NCBI GenBank assembly: GCA_053919585.1
Contig: CM132807.1
DNA length: 64,000 nt
Direction: 5' to 3' (one strand)
From: Euprymna scolopes
Lineage: Eukaryota
In this document: positions 1 to 12,149 of the stretch, piece by piece
Position numbering within the stretch: the first letter of the stretch is position 1
Layout of the letters: each line of letters opens with the position of its first letter
The notes under the pieces: model-generated
Database searches by the model: none
The model's input: the letters and a program-made list of their open reading frames with translations, nothing else
Told to the model about the DNA's origin: nothing
Translations under genes and position numbers: made by a program

Positions 1-2630
1 CCCTGACGAATTGAACCTGACAAACTGAAAGGTCTCGACCTTTTTTCATTCACTGTTACCATCACCGCGGAGTTAGCATAGAGAAGATGAACCCACGAGC
101 GAAATTTCGAGCCAAAAGCGGCCGCTGGCAGAACAGCCCCCAAGTACCGATGGTCAAACCTATCGAATGCTGTGGACTGATCTAAATTGATCAGCGCGGC
201 TTTAGTGTCGACTTTTTCTATCATCAAACGTATCGTGTGAAAGTTGTCCTGGATTGTCCTACCCTTCTCGTTGCTTATACAAGCTGCAGACGATTTTCGA
301 GATTCTTGACCAAAATCTTTAACTCAACCTTAAGCATCATTAAGGGTCAATAATTACATAACCCATTCCCACCATCTTTGTTTTTGCGAACATGCTTTAC
401 GACACTCATACTAAAGTACTTTGGGATTGAGATGTTACCAAACCATGAGTTAAATAAAACCGTCAGCAAAGGAACAAAGATGTGCAACAACCTCAAATAC
501 CCCTGGTAGGGCAGACCATCGATCGCAGCTGACTTATTAAGACCAACCCGCTTTAGGACTTAAATGAGTATATTCTCTATTATGCCCCATTCGCACTTAT
601 CCGCTTCGGTCGTCGAAAGACGAGAAAAGTCAGCTGAATGTGTCGAACTGTTCTAATGACAGACTGGGTTCCATGGAAAAAAGCTCCTGAAAATGAGAGC
701 TAAACGCCCTGTTTGGTGGTCACGGTACGCCCGTCTGGCAATGTGACACGAGCGATGTGCCTATCAGCAGCTTGCCGAAATTCCTGTGCACGCAAGTCAG
801 TGGTCATGTTTGTTGCTTCCTTGGGCACTCTTCTTAACCTAGCCTTAACCATTAAAGATTGGTGCTCCTTTTCAGTAAGGGGAAAAAGCTGACCTTTAAT
901 TATATTAACACTAGCATTATCCCCCTCCGTCACCGCCTGATTTAATCTAAACTCTAGTGTTGCTTTAACTGCCCTAGATTCTAGGTTGAGTTTTTTTTTT
1001 ACTAAAGTTGGCAGAAAACAACCTATGTCTTCCTTAATTTGTATCCATCACTTATTCCCAATAATTGCTCCCGTCAATTCCCACTTTGGGATTAGTAGCA
1101 GTCCGTTATAAAAGCCTTCCACGTCGAACAACGACGTGTAGAACTTCCAATAACCCGTTAATCCAGGCTTAGGTTTATGTAAGTTTACCCAAACACGAAC
1201 AATTCTGTGATCCAAGTAAACTATATTGTGAGTAAGCACAACATTTCTTAGACAGCGCACGCAAATGGTCACCAGGAATAAGGTTGGTTTCCTGCACGCA
1301 ACAGATGTCTTCTCCGAGATGCTTCAGGCCCAGGCTCAAGAAAAATTTTCGTGAGTCGGCCCTTAGCCCTCGGACATTCACACTAGCAAAGTTGATTTAG
1401 ATTTCATAGAAACATGTATTCTGGGGTTTTGGGGGTGGTTTTGTGTTTTTTCTTCCGTGAGGGAGGTTGGGATTTACTGGAGGAATTGGGTACTGTTTGT
1501 CTTTGGGCATCCAACTTCTTTTTGAGATTTACTATCTCCACATATTTTAGTTTGCCTGGGTCATTCTGTAGCATGACCTCCTCCCTTGATTTCTCTAAGG
1601 AGAGGCGTCCAGGAGACTTTTTCCCTATGGCTATTTGCCAGGGCTCCCTTTTAAGGTCTTTGTTTGTCGTTTCCTCTGCAAGAGGGCGGGGATCTTTTAT
1701 TGAGATGTCGATCTCTAGGTTCTGTCCACTCTTGATTCTGAGTAACAAGGGGTTGTTCTTTTGGGGACAATCCGAAGTAAGATGGCCGATTTCCCCGCAG
1801 TTTCAGCAAGTTGGTCTTCTTCCTGACACAATGATGGGAGTTTTTCATCCTCTATTTCCAAGAAGAATGGTATAATGTTAAAATTGTCCTTGTCAAGCAG
1901 TACGTCATTAGATCAGATGCCATGGAGCTCATCATATTAGACGAATACCATTTCGCAAAATTTCATAAGGAATGGTCCAATATGTTCCCCATTTATATGG
2001 TGCGGGATGTTCTACGCGTACCGTGCGTAAAATATAATTCGTTGTGATTATCTCTTTTTGGGACAAATTTAGACAGTCCTGTGGTGAACTAAAAAGTGCA
2101 TTTCATGCATTATCCCATGCACTTTATTAGTCGAAAATGCCTGGTTCCAGTAGTGGCTAGGGGTTGGTGACGATTTCCGTTCTAGCACTGATCACTTTTT
2201 TTGTCTTCTCATCAGCAAAAAATGGGATTAGTCTTCTTTTTTGTATGTCCTGGAATTTTAGGAGATCTGCAATGAGTTCTTTATCAGTAACGAAGGTGAG
2301 CATATTTTTTAGCCTCCTCCGTAAACTCGACTATATTGATGTCTACTTCAGGTGGTTTGAACCAGGTATTACTTGGCACGGTAGGGGTAGCGTCTTCATA
2401 TTGTCCATATTGTCAATTACAATAAGTGTTTGGCCCGCGGAAGCGACCAAAGCCAAACCGTTATAAAACGGGTAAAAATAGTTTAAAAAATTAGTTATAA
2501 AAATTAACAGAAAAAAAACACGGCAAAAAACTGGTAGTAGCAACAAAAACAACAACAACAAAAATGACGACAAGAATAACACGTTGTAGAGGAGCGCAAT
2601 AGAACAATAATACTTCACCAAAACGTCAAG
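1..2630 (-). mobile_element. Decayed L1/Tx1-clade LINE (5' UTR, ORF1 with CCHC knuckle, ORF2 APE endonuclease and RT); runs off the left edge
   Basis: Minus-strand peptides: ORF1 knuckle C*NCGEIGHLTSDC (1767-1808); endonuclease start NVRGL...CVQETNL (1175-1381 ORF); YLDHRIV and GYWKF motifs (1048-1272 ORF); RT LINLDQSTAFDRFDH...GSIRQG at 1-200. Many stops and frameshifts. Confidence 0.85.
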
Positions 2631-2639
2631 ACGAGTAAT

Positions 2640-5190
2640 GGGGGTTTTGACACCAATGATTTTTATTCACATGTAACTTTGACAATACCACAAATGGTAA
2701 AAATCTCCTCATCAAGGAATCCTATTTCATTAATTTTGATTCAAACTTTAATCCACAAAGTAATTTTATCGAAATTGCCGACGGTAGTCAAATAAATGAT
2801 ATAGTCTTGAAATGAGGCGATGTTAAATATCACTAAAAATAATAAAGGCGAACTTTTTAACTATATTCTTAAAAATGATCTTTTCATACCTACATTTAAG
2901 CAAGAAAGATTTTCCGTGCAGGCTGCCATTAGAAAGGCGCGAATATAAAGTTTTACCCAAACAAATCAAACTTGATATACCCTAATGAAACTGTATTTGA
3001 CAAAAAAAAAATGATCGACTATATTATTTAAAAGGCATGGTTTCCTCAAAAACTGCATGTCACGACTTGGACACCTGACATAAAATTATAGGACACCGCA
3101 ATACAACTGATATTTAAAAAAATACAAATGTAGTCGAAGGCATGAAAATAACGATTTCCCAAATTGTGATATTTGTGCACAAGGGAAAATGACAAAAATA
3201 TGTAAGCAAAACACCAGACAAAGAGGCTACAAAAATTCTTTCACGTGTGTACTGTGACTTGGCAGGTCCGGTCAGCCCGATAGGAGAAATATTCTAGCTA
3301 TTTTGAACTTTGTTGCTGATCTTTCCGATTTGATTATAGTTTATTTTCTACAAAAAACAAATCTGACACTATCCTCGCCAATAAGAAATATTTAGCTGAT
3401 ATTGCCCCGTACTACTCGGAAAAATGTAGTCGCGTAGACAATGGGATTGAATTTACTAGTAAAGACTTTGAACTGCTATTAAGTAAACATCGTATTAAAC
3501 AAGAGAAATTGGCGCCGTATTCCTCATTTCAAATTGGCACCGCTGAAAGAGCATGGCGGACACTTTTTGAGATAGAAAGGTGTCTACTTATCGAATCGAA
3601 ATTAGCGCATTGTTTGTGGGCGTACGCTTTAATGGCAGCAGCATATATCAAAAATAGATCGTCCAATAGAAGATTAGGCAAACACCTTATGAAGCGTTTT
3701 GCGGTGTAAAACCAAAAATGAATCGAATGTATATATTTGGTTCAGATTGCTTTGCATTTATAGAAAACATAAGTAAAGTAAATATTAAAAGCGAAAAAGG
3801 TATTTTCGTAGGTTAAGATAAAACAGTCCAGCATATTTAATCTACTTTCCAGCCCAAACTGCCATAAAAAGGGTTAGATGAGTAAAATTCAATGATACAT
3901 TAAATTTAAAAAATGTCAAGCCAGTGAACGAAAAACGTGAGGAAATATTATCTTAATCGATCACAATTAACTAATATGTTAATGGCGACAATTACAGTAG
4001 AACTACTGATGTAAATATTAACCAGACGCGTCGATACCCGATAAGGGAGTGAAAAAGGTCAGACTTCTTAAAAACTGAAAAGAAACAAGACTACGCAGTG
4101 GATTACTGTTATTCGCACACCGGAAAGTTATAATGAGGCGATTATAAGTGATAATGAGAAAATCACCAAGAATGGAAAAAAGCTATGGAATCTGAAGTGA
4201 AAGCTTTATCTGAAAATAACACTTACGAAATAGTAACAAAACCAAAATACAAGAATATACTTTCTTCACACTGTTTTTTCCCAAAAAAACATCAGTTTCT
4301 GACAGTGAAACTTTTAAAGTAAGATTTGTGTCAAAAGGTTTTTCACAAATTTCTGGAGTGGAATATTTTGCCACATTTTCATCAACGACAAATTTAACGA
4401 CAATTACAATTTCCGCTCAATACAATTTAAAAGATACATCAAATAGATGTAAGAAATGCTTATATAAATGCTCTGATTGACTGTGAAATCTCTATTTACC
4501 CCCCAGAGGGATTTAAATGAAAAATAAAAATTCCGTGTGGAAATTGAATAAACCCTTATACGAACTAAGACAAAGTGCTGACAATTGGAATTTACACTCC
4601 ATAATTATTTAATAGAACAATAATTCAAGCAATGTCCCGTAGACGCGTGCATGCATGCCAAAAATGTAGTTGATAAACTGTTGATTTTGTTTTTTTTTGG
4701 ATTAACGATATATTACTCGCCTAAAATTGTGACAACACTCAAAAAGATTTTAAAAATAAATTAAATAAAAGAGTTTAAATGGTCGATCTTGGACAATTGT
4801 CATGGTTCCTCGGTACAAAATTTACTTTTGAAAATGAAACTATAATTATTAACAAATCACGGTACATTGAAAACATTCTGGTCAAGTTTGGAATGCAAGA
4901 TTGCATACTGCGTACAATTCTCGTTGATATGGACATAAATATAAATATAGAGACCAGAAAAAAATTAATAGACGATCGATTATATAGAGAAATGATTGGA
5001 AGTCTCATATATTTGATGACACGCAAGTAGGCCTGAGATATGTTACACTCTAACAAAGCTATCTCAAAACTTACAAGACCGGCAATTAAGGACCTTAATC
5101 GTGCAAAAATCCTTTGTAATCTAAAAAGAACCAAGGAACAATCTTTAATATTTGAAAAGGGCGTCTTTTTCAAACTCTGTAATCTTTCTG
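2640..5190 (+). mobile_element. Ty1/copia LTR retrotransposon pol remnant (protease, integrase, RT), degenerate
   Basis: Integrase VYCDLAGP, RVDNGIEFTS, APYSSFQIGTAERAWRTL...LWAYA (3509-3709 ORF); RT FKVRFVSKGFSQISGVEY, WKLNKPLY, DLGQLSWFLG, LYREMIGSLIYL (4779-5030 ORF). Integrase precedes RT, the copia order. No LTRs recognised. Confidence 0.9.
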
Positions 5191-5229
5191 TGGAGCTAGG
5201 GAATCTGCACAGAATTTCGATTAGAACCG

Positions 5230-5655
5230 TTATTAAAGTGAAGGGGTGGAACGCTCTAGATCCGTCAGCAATGACTGAATAATTACAAGTATATCGCAAT
5301 TGTATTTAATTTCTAATCTGATTTTAAATATAAAAAAGGAAATTGACAAGACCTTATATCATGTGCAAATTACGAACAACTAGTTAAGCATTAAAGCAAA
5401 CTACCACAACTATAAGGCGTTTCTAAGATTCATAAAGACGGTATTAAGTCTCATTGTCAGCAATATGAGTTCAGCATGGCATGCATTGAGCAAGTTCCTG
5501 GTAGATATAATTAGCACACTCATAGACAAATCTCTGTTGTAAGTCAAGTGTTCTGCTCATATCGTTCAAATAATCAACAACATTCATTACAACCCGACGA
5601 TGAGCTTTGAGGTACTGTCTACGAAAGTGTCACTAACGAGACTCTGACGATGTTA
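5230..5655 (+). mobile_element. Penelope-like element RT fragment
   Basis: Frameshifted peptide LPQL*GVSKIHKDG...IVSNMSSAWHALSKFLVDII...MSFEVLS matches the PLE RT motifs YGLPKIHK/PIVS and SFDV. Confidence 0.65.
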
Positions 5656-5656
5656 C

Positions 5657-5721
5657 TATTACATATGTGTGCTGATCATAGCTCGTATGTTCTAGGGATT
5701 TACCAGCACCCACATGTAATA
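5657..5721. repeat. Small inverted-repeat element with 18-bp arms
   Basis: tattacatatgtgtgctg (5657) matches the reverse complement of cagcacccacatgtaata (5704-5721) at 16 of 18 positions. Confidence 0.5.
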
Positions 5722-6779
5722 AAATTAAAACAAAAGAAAAAGATTTAATGAAAAAGAAATTTATTAAAAAAATAAATTAACAAGAAAAAAAAAGAAAAAG
5801 ATTATTGTTTTTGAAGGGCGACAACTCGCTAATAAAATTGTCTCCCCTTAGATCATAAAGAAAGTATTTCTTTATGTATTGTGTTTTGAAATGATTTACT
5901 CTATACGTATGTGCTTTTCGGTCAACAAACTCAAAGAATAAATAAAAACTTTACCAGAATCCAAACAGCAGTTCTTCCTTCAGTGAGATTTTTGTTTTTT
6001 ACGGCCTTTATGAGGATGCCGGAATTCGGACGTTGGTTGCCTATGTGTCCATCCCAAAAATATGTCACGAACTGACTTTACCCACCAATAGCGTTTCTTT
6101 TATATGAGTTTTGAAAGTAACTTCCTGGAACGTTCTAGAGACTCCAAATATTTTATATTTATAGACGCCGATTATTATTTATGTTTATGAATAACGACAT
6201 TCTAGAAACGTCTTTATGTTTTAATTAATATATCAATAAACAATTTTATATATTATAAGAAATATTTATATATTTCTTAATCCAATCATAGGAGAAATAT
6301 GTTCTCCTATGACAGTTTCGAAATAAGGTAACTTCAGACAATTCATTGAGTGAAGTCACTTTCCTACCAATTCCAATATAGTGATAATATGGATTCTCTG
6401 TGTAGAAACTGCATACTTCCAGATGAGATCTTTTCTACTGTATATTCGTGATGATATATGTATGCTGAAGGCCATCTTTTATTGGAAAATACCTAATTTC
6501 AAGACCCTTTATCGATATAACGAAAAGAAAGTAATTATAGGTGGCCGTCAACTCGGAGCTAAATCTATAGGTACGAATAGCAACGTAAATTTTCAGAGGG
6601 AATGGCATAGACTTTAAAACTCTGAACCAGGTACCAAAAACACCATCTGAAAACTCACCACAATTTGTATATCATACATAAAAGCATGGTAGGAAAAATT
6701 CAAAGTATATGTTATCCATAAAATTCGGGAAAATATGCAGGACCGATTCGATACTCTGAGAACGTCTTGTGTCAGCCAA

Positions 6780-7100
6780 TATAAATAATATTATGACAAA
6801 GAACTGTGTGCATGAATCCCATGAAATGGTGGGAAACCATACAAAGGTGAGACGTCGTTTACTAACAGTAAAGATATAAGAGCATTTACGGCTTATAGAA
6901 TAAGCTGTAAATGCCAAGAAAAAAAGTGTACCCTCATGAGACAAGTAAAAATGATCAGAACTTTGGAAAGTCAGACAACTAAACGAAGCAGCACATATGT
7001 TGGGTTAAGATCAATTAGTATAGAATTAAAAATGATAGGGGAAACGTTGCTTATAAATAATAGATAATATATGGAGTAATATAAAAAGCAATCTCAGTCT
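6780..7100 (+). pseudogene. Possible highly decayed gypsy/Ginger-type integrase (HHCC region)
   Basis: Frameshifted HESHEMVGNH...DIRAF...CKCQEKK resembles an integrase zinc-binding motif; weak. Confidence 0.25.
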
Positions 7101-7659
7101 ATAATATTTTGATAGCAGAAATGCCTCTTCTGAAAAAGCTTCGTACGTTTGCAACAGCAGATGCTACATAAAAACTCATTATATCAATATAATTAGTCGG
7201 TATCTTCTGTAACTAAGGAACTCCATTTTACACACATTTAGTCGCTATAATAAAACCTCATCATATAATAAGATCTCATCCTAGGAACAACAATACTATA
7301 TTAGAAACTATCTTTAGAGGAAGTAGTTCCTGTTTTTGCCTCGAAATATCAAGTCCTCCTAGTCATGGCAGAGGGGGGTAATGCATTTTCGGCAGATATA
7401 GGATTACATCCTTCGTAACTGGATCATAAACACCTGGAATTTTACTTTTCCGATTCAAAAATAATAAATTATTCCCAGAACAATTCCAGTCTTTCTGATG
7501 TGCTGGGTTCTAACCATTCGTATATTTTGGATTAACGTCATTCGCATGCAAAACGAACGGTAATGTACCAATCGAATATGGCGTCGAATTGCTACCTACT
7601 TTTACCCTCTGAGTAAATTGCTGCGTTCATTTTCTTACATTTCACCGTGTCATTTTGTA

Positions 7660-7800
7660 AATTCTCTCTCTCTCTCCAATGTATCTCTCTGTACATATTC
7701 TTCTCACCCTTCTCGCGCTTGCTCTCTAGCTCTCTCCGGCTCTGTCTCGAATGCTCTCTCTCTTTCTCTCTCTCTCTCCCTCTCTCGTTCGCTTTCTTCA
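7660..7800. repeat. (CT)n-rich low-complexity tract
   Basis: Interrupted ctctct runs. Confidence 0.8.
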
Positions 7801-8241
7801 TTTCATTTTATGCCGAAGAAAAACATGACGGCGATGCCGAATAAAAAAGAAAAAATATTTATGTCCCTTTCTTTCGCTCGCTCGCTTTGTACATTTGTTG
7901 CGGCAATTATATTTTCACAAAGAAAGTTACGTTGTTTTAAATATAATTTATTCAAATATACTTTATTTAAACATACGCAATCTATTTCGATTGTCGCCGA
8001 TTTAAATATGGATGTTACGGCAATATCATCTACTGGATTCGTACACATTTTGTTGTAACATATGTGAAATATTAACATTTTTAAACTGTAAAATTGTTCA
8101 TAGTTAACTATGTCTTATTTCTAACTTAACCCCCTTTTAAAATAAAAATATATAAAAATACGTAAACTCGTTTTCAATTGATCTTTTTAATCCCATATGT
8201 TTTCAAATAACTTCGATTTTTCTTTAAGTAACTTCGTTATG

Positions 8242-8246
<5 letters not shown>

Positions 8247-8306
<60 letters not shown>

Positions 8307-8438
8307 TACTGTTTTGGGGGGAAAGAATTCCAACAAAGTGCTGGATTACAAAGAAAAACTTTTTCGATGTAAGAACTTAATATCTATTTATGTAATTTTA
8401 CAGAAGTTCAGAAAAAAACATTGGTGAGCTTCTGTACA

Positions 8439-8487
<49 letters not shown>
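8247..8487. repeat. Two (TA)n microsatellites (about 8247-8302 and 8441-8487)
   Basis: Seen directly. Further (TA)n tracts near 9530, 10055, 10890, 20665, 24670, 28975, 30610, 31150, 32670, 32755, 33100, 38015, 38225, 39020 and 46760. Confidence 0.95.
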
Positions 8488-8489
<2 letters not shown>

Positions 8490-8760
8490 TAGCTCTTTTA
8501 ACAATCCTAACTTGTGTGAGACCTCTTTCTGCCTATAGAGGGAACGATTACGCATCGTTACACACAAAGCCGCCAAAATATTCAGTAACTCTTTATAGTG
8601 AGCCCAGTGCACGATACGAGAAAAACAATCCGAATTGGCATCTCCACACAATTTATTAGCGAGCAAATGTTTCCCGATCGCCGACTCATGAATCGGTGAG
8701 TGCCCAGATGTGCGTATTCCTTCAACCGCCAGATGTACTCGTAGATACAGACAAACAGCA
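8488..8760 (-). mobile_element. Penelope-like element GIY-YIG C-terminal fragment ending in (TA)n
   Basis: Peptide HESAIGKHLLANKLCG...LLNILAAL...LYRQKEVSHKLGLL matches the PLE C-terminal pattern SAIG.HL...C...L.ILEAL.I...LCRQKE. Confidence 0.65.
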
Positions 8761-9394
8761 GGTGTTTTTTCTTCTTATTTCATTTGGCTTCCTTCAAAAA
8801 CTCTTGCTGATAATTTAATTCTTAAACTTGTACATTTCAATTATTTTTTGCTTAAAATTTTTACGCCTGTAACGTCATCATGTCTGGGCACATTTAGCAT
8901 TGATTTTTCTATTTAAAATATATTCCATCACAATTCAAATTTTGTTCTCCTTCTTCATCTTCTTCACGAATTTTTCTTTATTCAGCCTTGCCTCGACAGT
9001 CGAGCTGTATTTTTCTTCCATTCTTTTTTTACGCACATTTTATCTTTCTTTTAATAATATATTGGAATTCTTCCCCTTTCCTTGTACCAATTTGTAAATT
9101 ATTCCACGGATTTCTGCCTTGTGGATTACTTTGGATCATCCTCCAATTACGCGATTCCTTTGGACTTTACTTGTGCGACTGGAAATTTACCAAACTTTCT
9201 TGGATTCTGCATCTTTGGATTTTACCGTCATTGGATATTTAACCCTTCACCAGACTGTCCATTCACGTGAAATCACTTTTTCATTCACCCTATCCCCTCT
9301 GCTTTATTTTTCGTTATCAAGTAAGATCTATGATTTACTTGTAGTGTCATTACATACTTTTGCAAGCAAAATCCGATCCCAAGTTTGGCTAAGC

Positions 9395-9527
9395 CCTACC
9401 CACTGAGGAGAAGGAAAATATTTCTTCGAAACCCCGCGGATTAATGGCTATCAAAATTTCAAATTAAGTATGTTTAACTCTTTTTCAAAGTGTTTTAACA
9501 TGTTTTATTAACTACTTGTTCTTATTT
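9395..9527 (+). repeat. Repeat 3' terminus with a degenerate hammerhead core; tail shared with 33038-33101
   Basis: CTGAGGA (9403), stem II GAAG...CTTC, GAAAC (9428); the tail tttcaaagtg...aacatgttttattaact recurs at 33058-33090; both copies end in (TA)n. Confidence 0.5.
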
Positions 9528-10052
9528 ATATATATATATATATATATATGCATATATATATATATATATATATATATAAATTGAACCTATCTGTTATATT
9601 GACTTAAGTCTCCTAAAATTCATTCAAAAATTATCTGCAAGAAATCTAGGTTCAGTGATCAGAATACATGGAAAAATTCAGTTATAAATGTGGGATTCGT
9701 TTGAACATTGGAAGTTGATGCATCAATCATCAGTGAGAAACTGTATTATACTTCAAAAAGTGATGAGGGAAGAAAACATGCTGATACACCGTCTCGTAGG
9801 TTACTTCAATTAGAATAAGCACTAAATATATAGAGAAATCAAAAGAATCAGAATCATACGAATAAATAATCAATATCTCAAAAAAGCAGATGCGTAAGCG
9901 CAGAATGCATAAATATATAATTAAATAGACATGTCCCCTTTGCGAGCATGCAATGTTTTTTGAAAAAAAAATTAAATATTTTTTCAAATATAAAGTTTGG
10001 AATCACGTAAGAGAATTACTTTTACAGTCTATCTTAGACGGACAGTTTTCTA

Positions 10053-10886
10053 ATATATATATATATATATATAAGGTAAAACGTCTGTGTGTGTGTCTTA
10101 GGACATTTTCCTACCAATTTTCTGTCAATTTTCGGTCTACCAACTCAAGATTTTACATAAGGAGTATTGATATTTGTGAAATCATTTTAATCAATTCTTA
10201 GCCAGAAATTTAGTTGTCAAGGGATCCAAGTTCAACGATTTTTCCTTTGAAGACTCTACCAAATTCCTCTGACAATTTTAAATGTAGGTTATTTGGATTT
10301 TTTTAATTTGATTTAAGGCCAGTAAAATAAAAGGGTTCGTGGTCAAACTTAAAAAATATTGACCTCTACGGTCTCTACTAAATTGTTAATCCATTTTTGG
10401 TTAAGCATATTAAATTTTACATAAAGGGTATTCAGCGAAAGGGCAATATTTTTGATCGGTGCGGGCCGAAAATTTGAGCTGCAAAAGGGTCAAAGTTAAA
10501 AAGATTTGATCTTTGCGGTATCTAGTCAATTTTCGGTGTAAATTTTTGAAATTTATACATTACGGTATTCAGATATTTTAATGAGTTTGGGGGCAAATAT
10601 TTGTCTGCCGAAAAATTGACGTTGAAAAGGGTTACCTTTGAAAATTTTACCTTATTCATCCGACAATTTTGGGTCTAACACTTTAAATTTTAGATGTAGG
10701 TAACTTGGACATGGGTCAAAGTAGGTTTGTTCATTTGAGACCAAAATAAACATGTTAAAAGGTTCAATTTGGGTCACATTTAAAAAATTGACCACTGCAC
10801 GAATTTACTCAGACAAATTTTGGACCAAATATTGAGCAAGATATGAACAGCACATAGGGCCCGACCCAAGCAAAGCCTAACTGCTA

Positions 10887-10887
<1 letters not shown>
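10053..10887 (+). mobile_element. Non-autonomous Helitron-like element
   Basis: The 5' part tatataaggtaaaacgtctgtgtg...acattttcctac is homologous to the element ending at 50480; internal degenerate subrepeats; 3' end ...aactgCTAG followed by T after a GC-rich subterminal segment. Confidence 0.6.
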
Positions 10888-10958
<71 letters not shown>

Positions 10959-11099
10959 CCATGTTTAACACCATGCTACGAACACGTTTCTCTCATACCA
11001 CTTCAGTGGCTCCTATATTTTTTATGATGGATACATATTATATTTATACACTTTACACTACTTGTGGCTTCTTTCATTTGTGATCCCTAGCAGGGGTCT

Positions 11100-11640
11100 A
11101 CAAGAACTTGTTGACGAGGTTGATTCAAGAACTTCCTGGATCAATCTACAGCAATTGTTTACAACAACTTGGTAACGAATATTCGGGCAAGGAGGACTTA
11201 CACTAAAAAAAAAAAACAGTCATTGGAAAACAACATTTCACGACAAAAAGGATTCAAGAAAAAAGGACACACGCGAATATTCGAAATATTTTTTCCTACA
11301 CTCGGGGGAAATTCGAAACTTCAAAATTATTTCATTTTAACAGTTTGCGAAGAACGGAAAACACTACTTGTCAACGTTTGGGAAAAAAACAACATTTGAT
11401 CGTAGAAATCCACCAAGACGGAATAAAAATCTTTGAAAAATAAGGACAACAATTTTTGCCGAAAAAGGATTTTCAAACACATCAAAAGCCTTATCTTGCT
11501 GTTAAAAACTACAGCAAGTGGAACTACTAGTTCAAACAGAACGCATAAAACAATTGCCGTGAGAATTACTATTGGTGAATCAATGATACAACGTTTTCAA
11601 AAAATACAAAATATTTTATTTTTATTTTCCTCTCTGTAAA
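11100..11640 (+). mobile_element. Possible Penelope-like GIY-YIG fragment
   Basis: Frameshifted NCRENY/IGES near 11550-11580 resembles C..C...YIGE; heavily decayed. Confidence 0.3.
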
Positions 11641-12149
11641 TACAAATGATGTTTAAAAAAATATTGGCGTTTTAAAAAGCATTTCTCTCTAATAATGCTT
11701 ATGGTTAAAGGGGATTAGTATTAGAAAAAGAACTCAAACAAATACAGCAAGTAGCAGGTAGTATAGTTTATTTTATTGGCTAAAACGAGTAATCCAGCAA
11801 TTAAAGTAAGTCGAATTTGAATTCGATTAAAATAAACAGTTCTCTGGCCGACGGGTTGTACGTCGAAGAAGAGAAAAACTACACAATTTCGCTAAGCACG
11901 ACACAAGAGAAGATACTGAGAAAATATGATGTTCTCTTCGCACAGAAAAAAGAAAAGTATAGACGACATTAAATAAATACTATAAACTCTCTTTCACAGA
12001 TAACTGACTAATTCTGTGTAAGGAAAAAATGTGTAGGATCAATAAGGAATTGAAACCTGTTCATAAATCTTACGAAAATTTTTAAAAAAGGAAAACGAAA
12101 TATATTAATTTCTGTATAAACGCAAACGCTGAATTATATTCTCAGGAAC

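Noticed and set aside
1414-1875. 153-aa plus-strand ORF
   Set aside because: Antisense shadow of the LINE ORF1.
4775-5299. 174-aa minus-strand ORF
   Set aside because: Antisense shadow of the copia RT.
5644-5665. Hammerhead-like CTGACGA with a hairpin
   Set aside because: No GAAA follows, and the sequence reads as a continuation of the Penelope RT frame.
10975-11015. Minus-strand CTGAAGT...GAAACGTGTT near (TA)n
   Set aside because: The core is mutated and there is no stem II; it may be a relic but cannot be supported.
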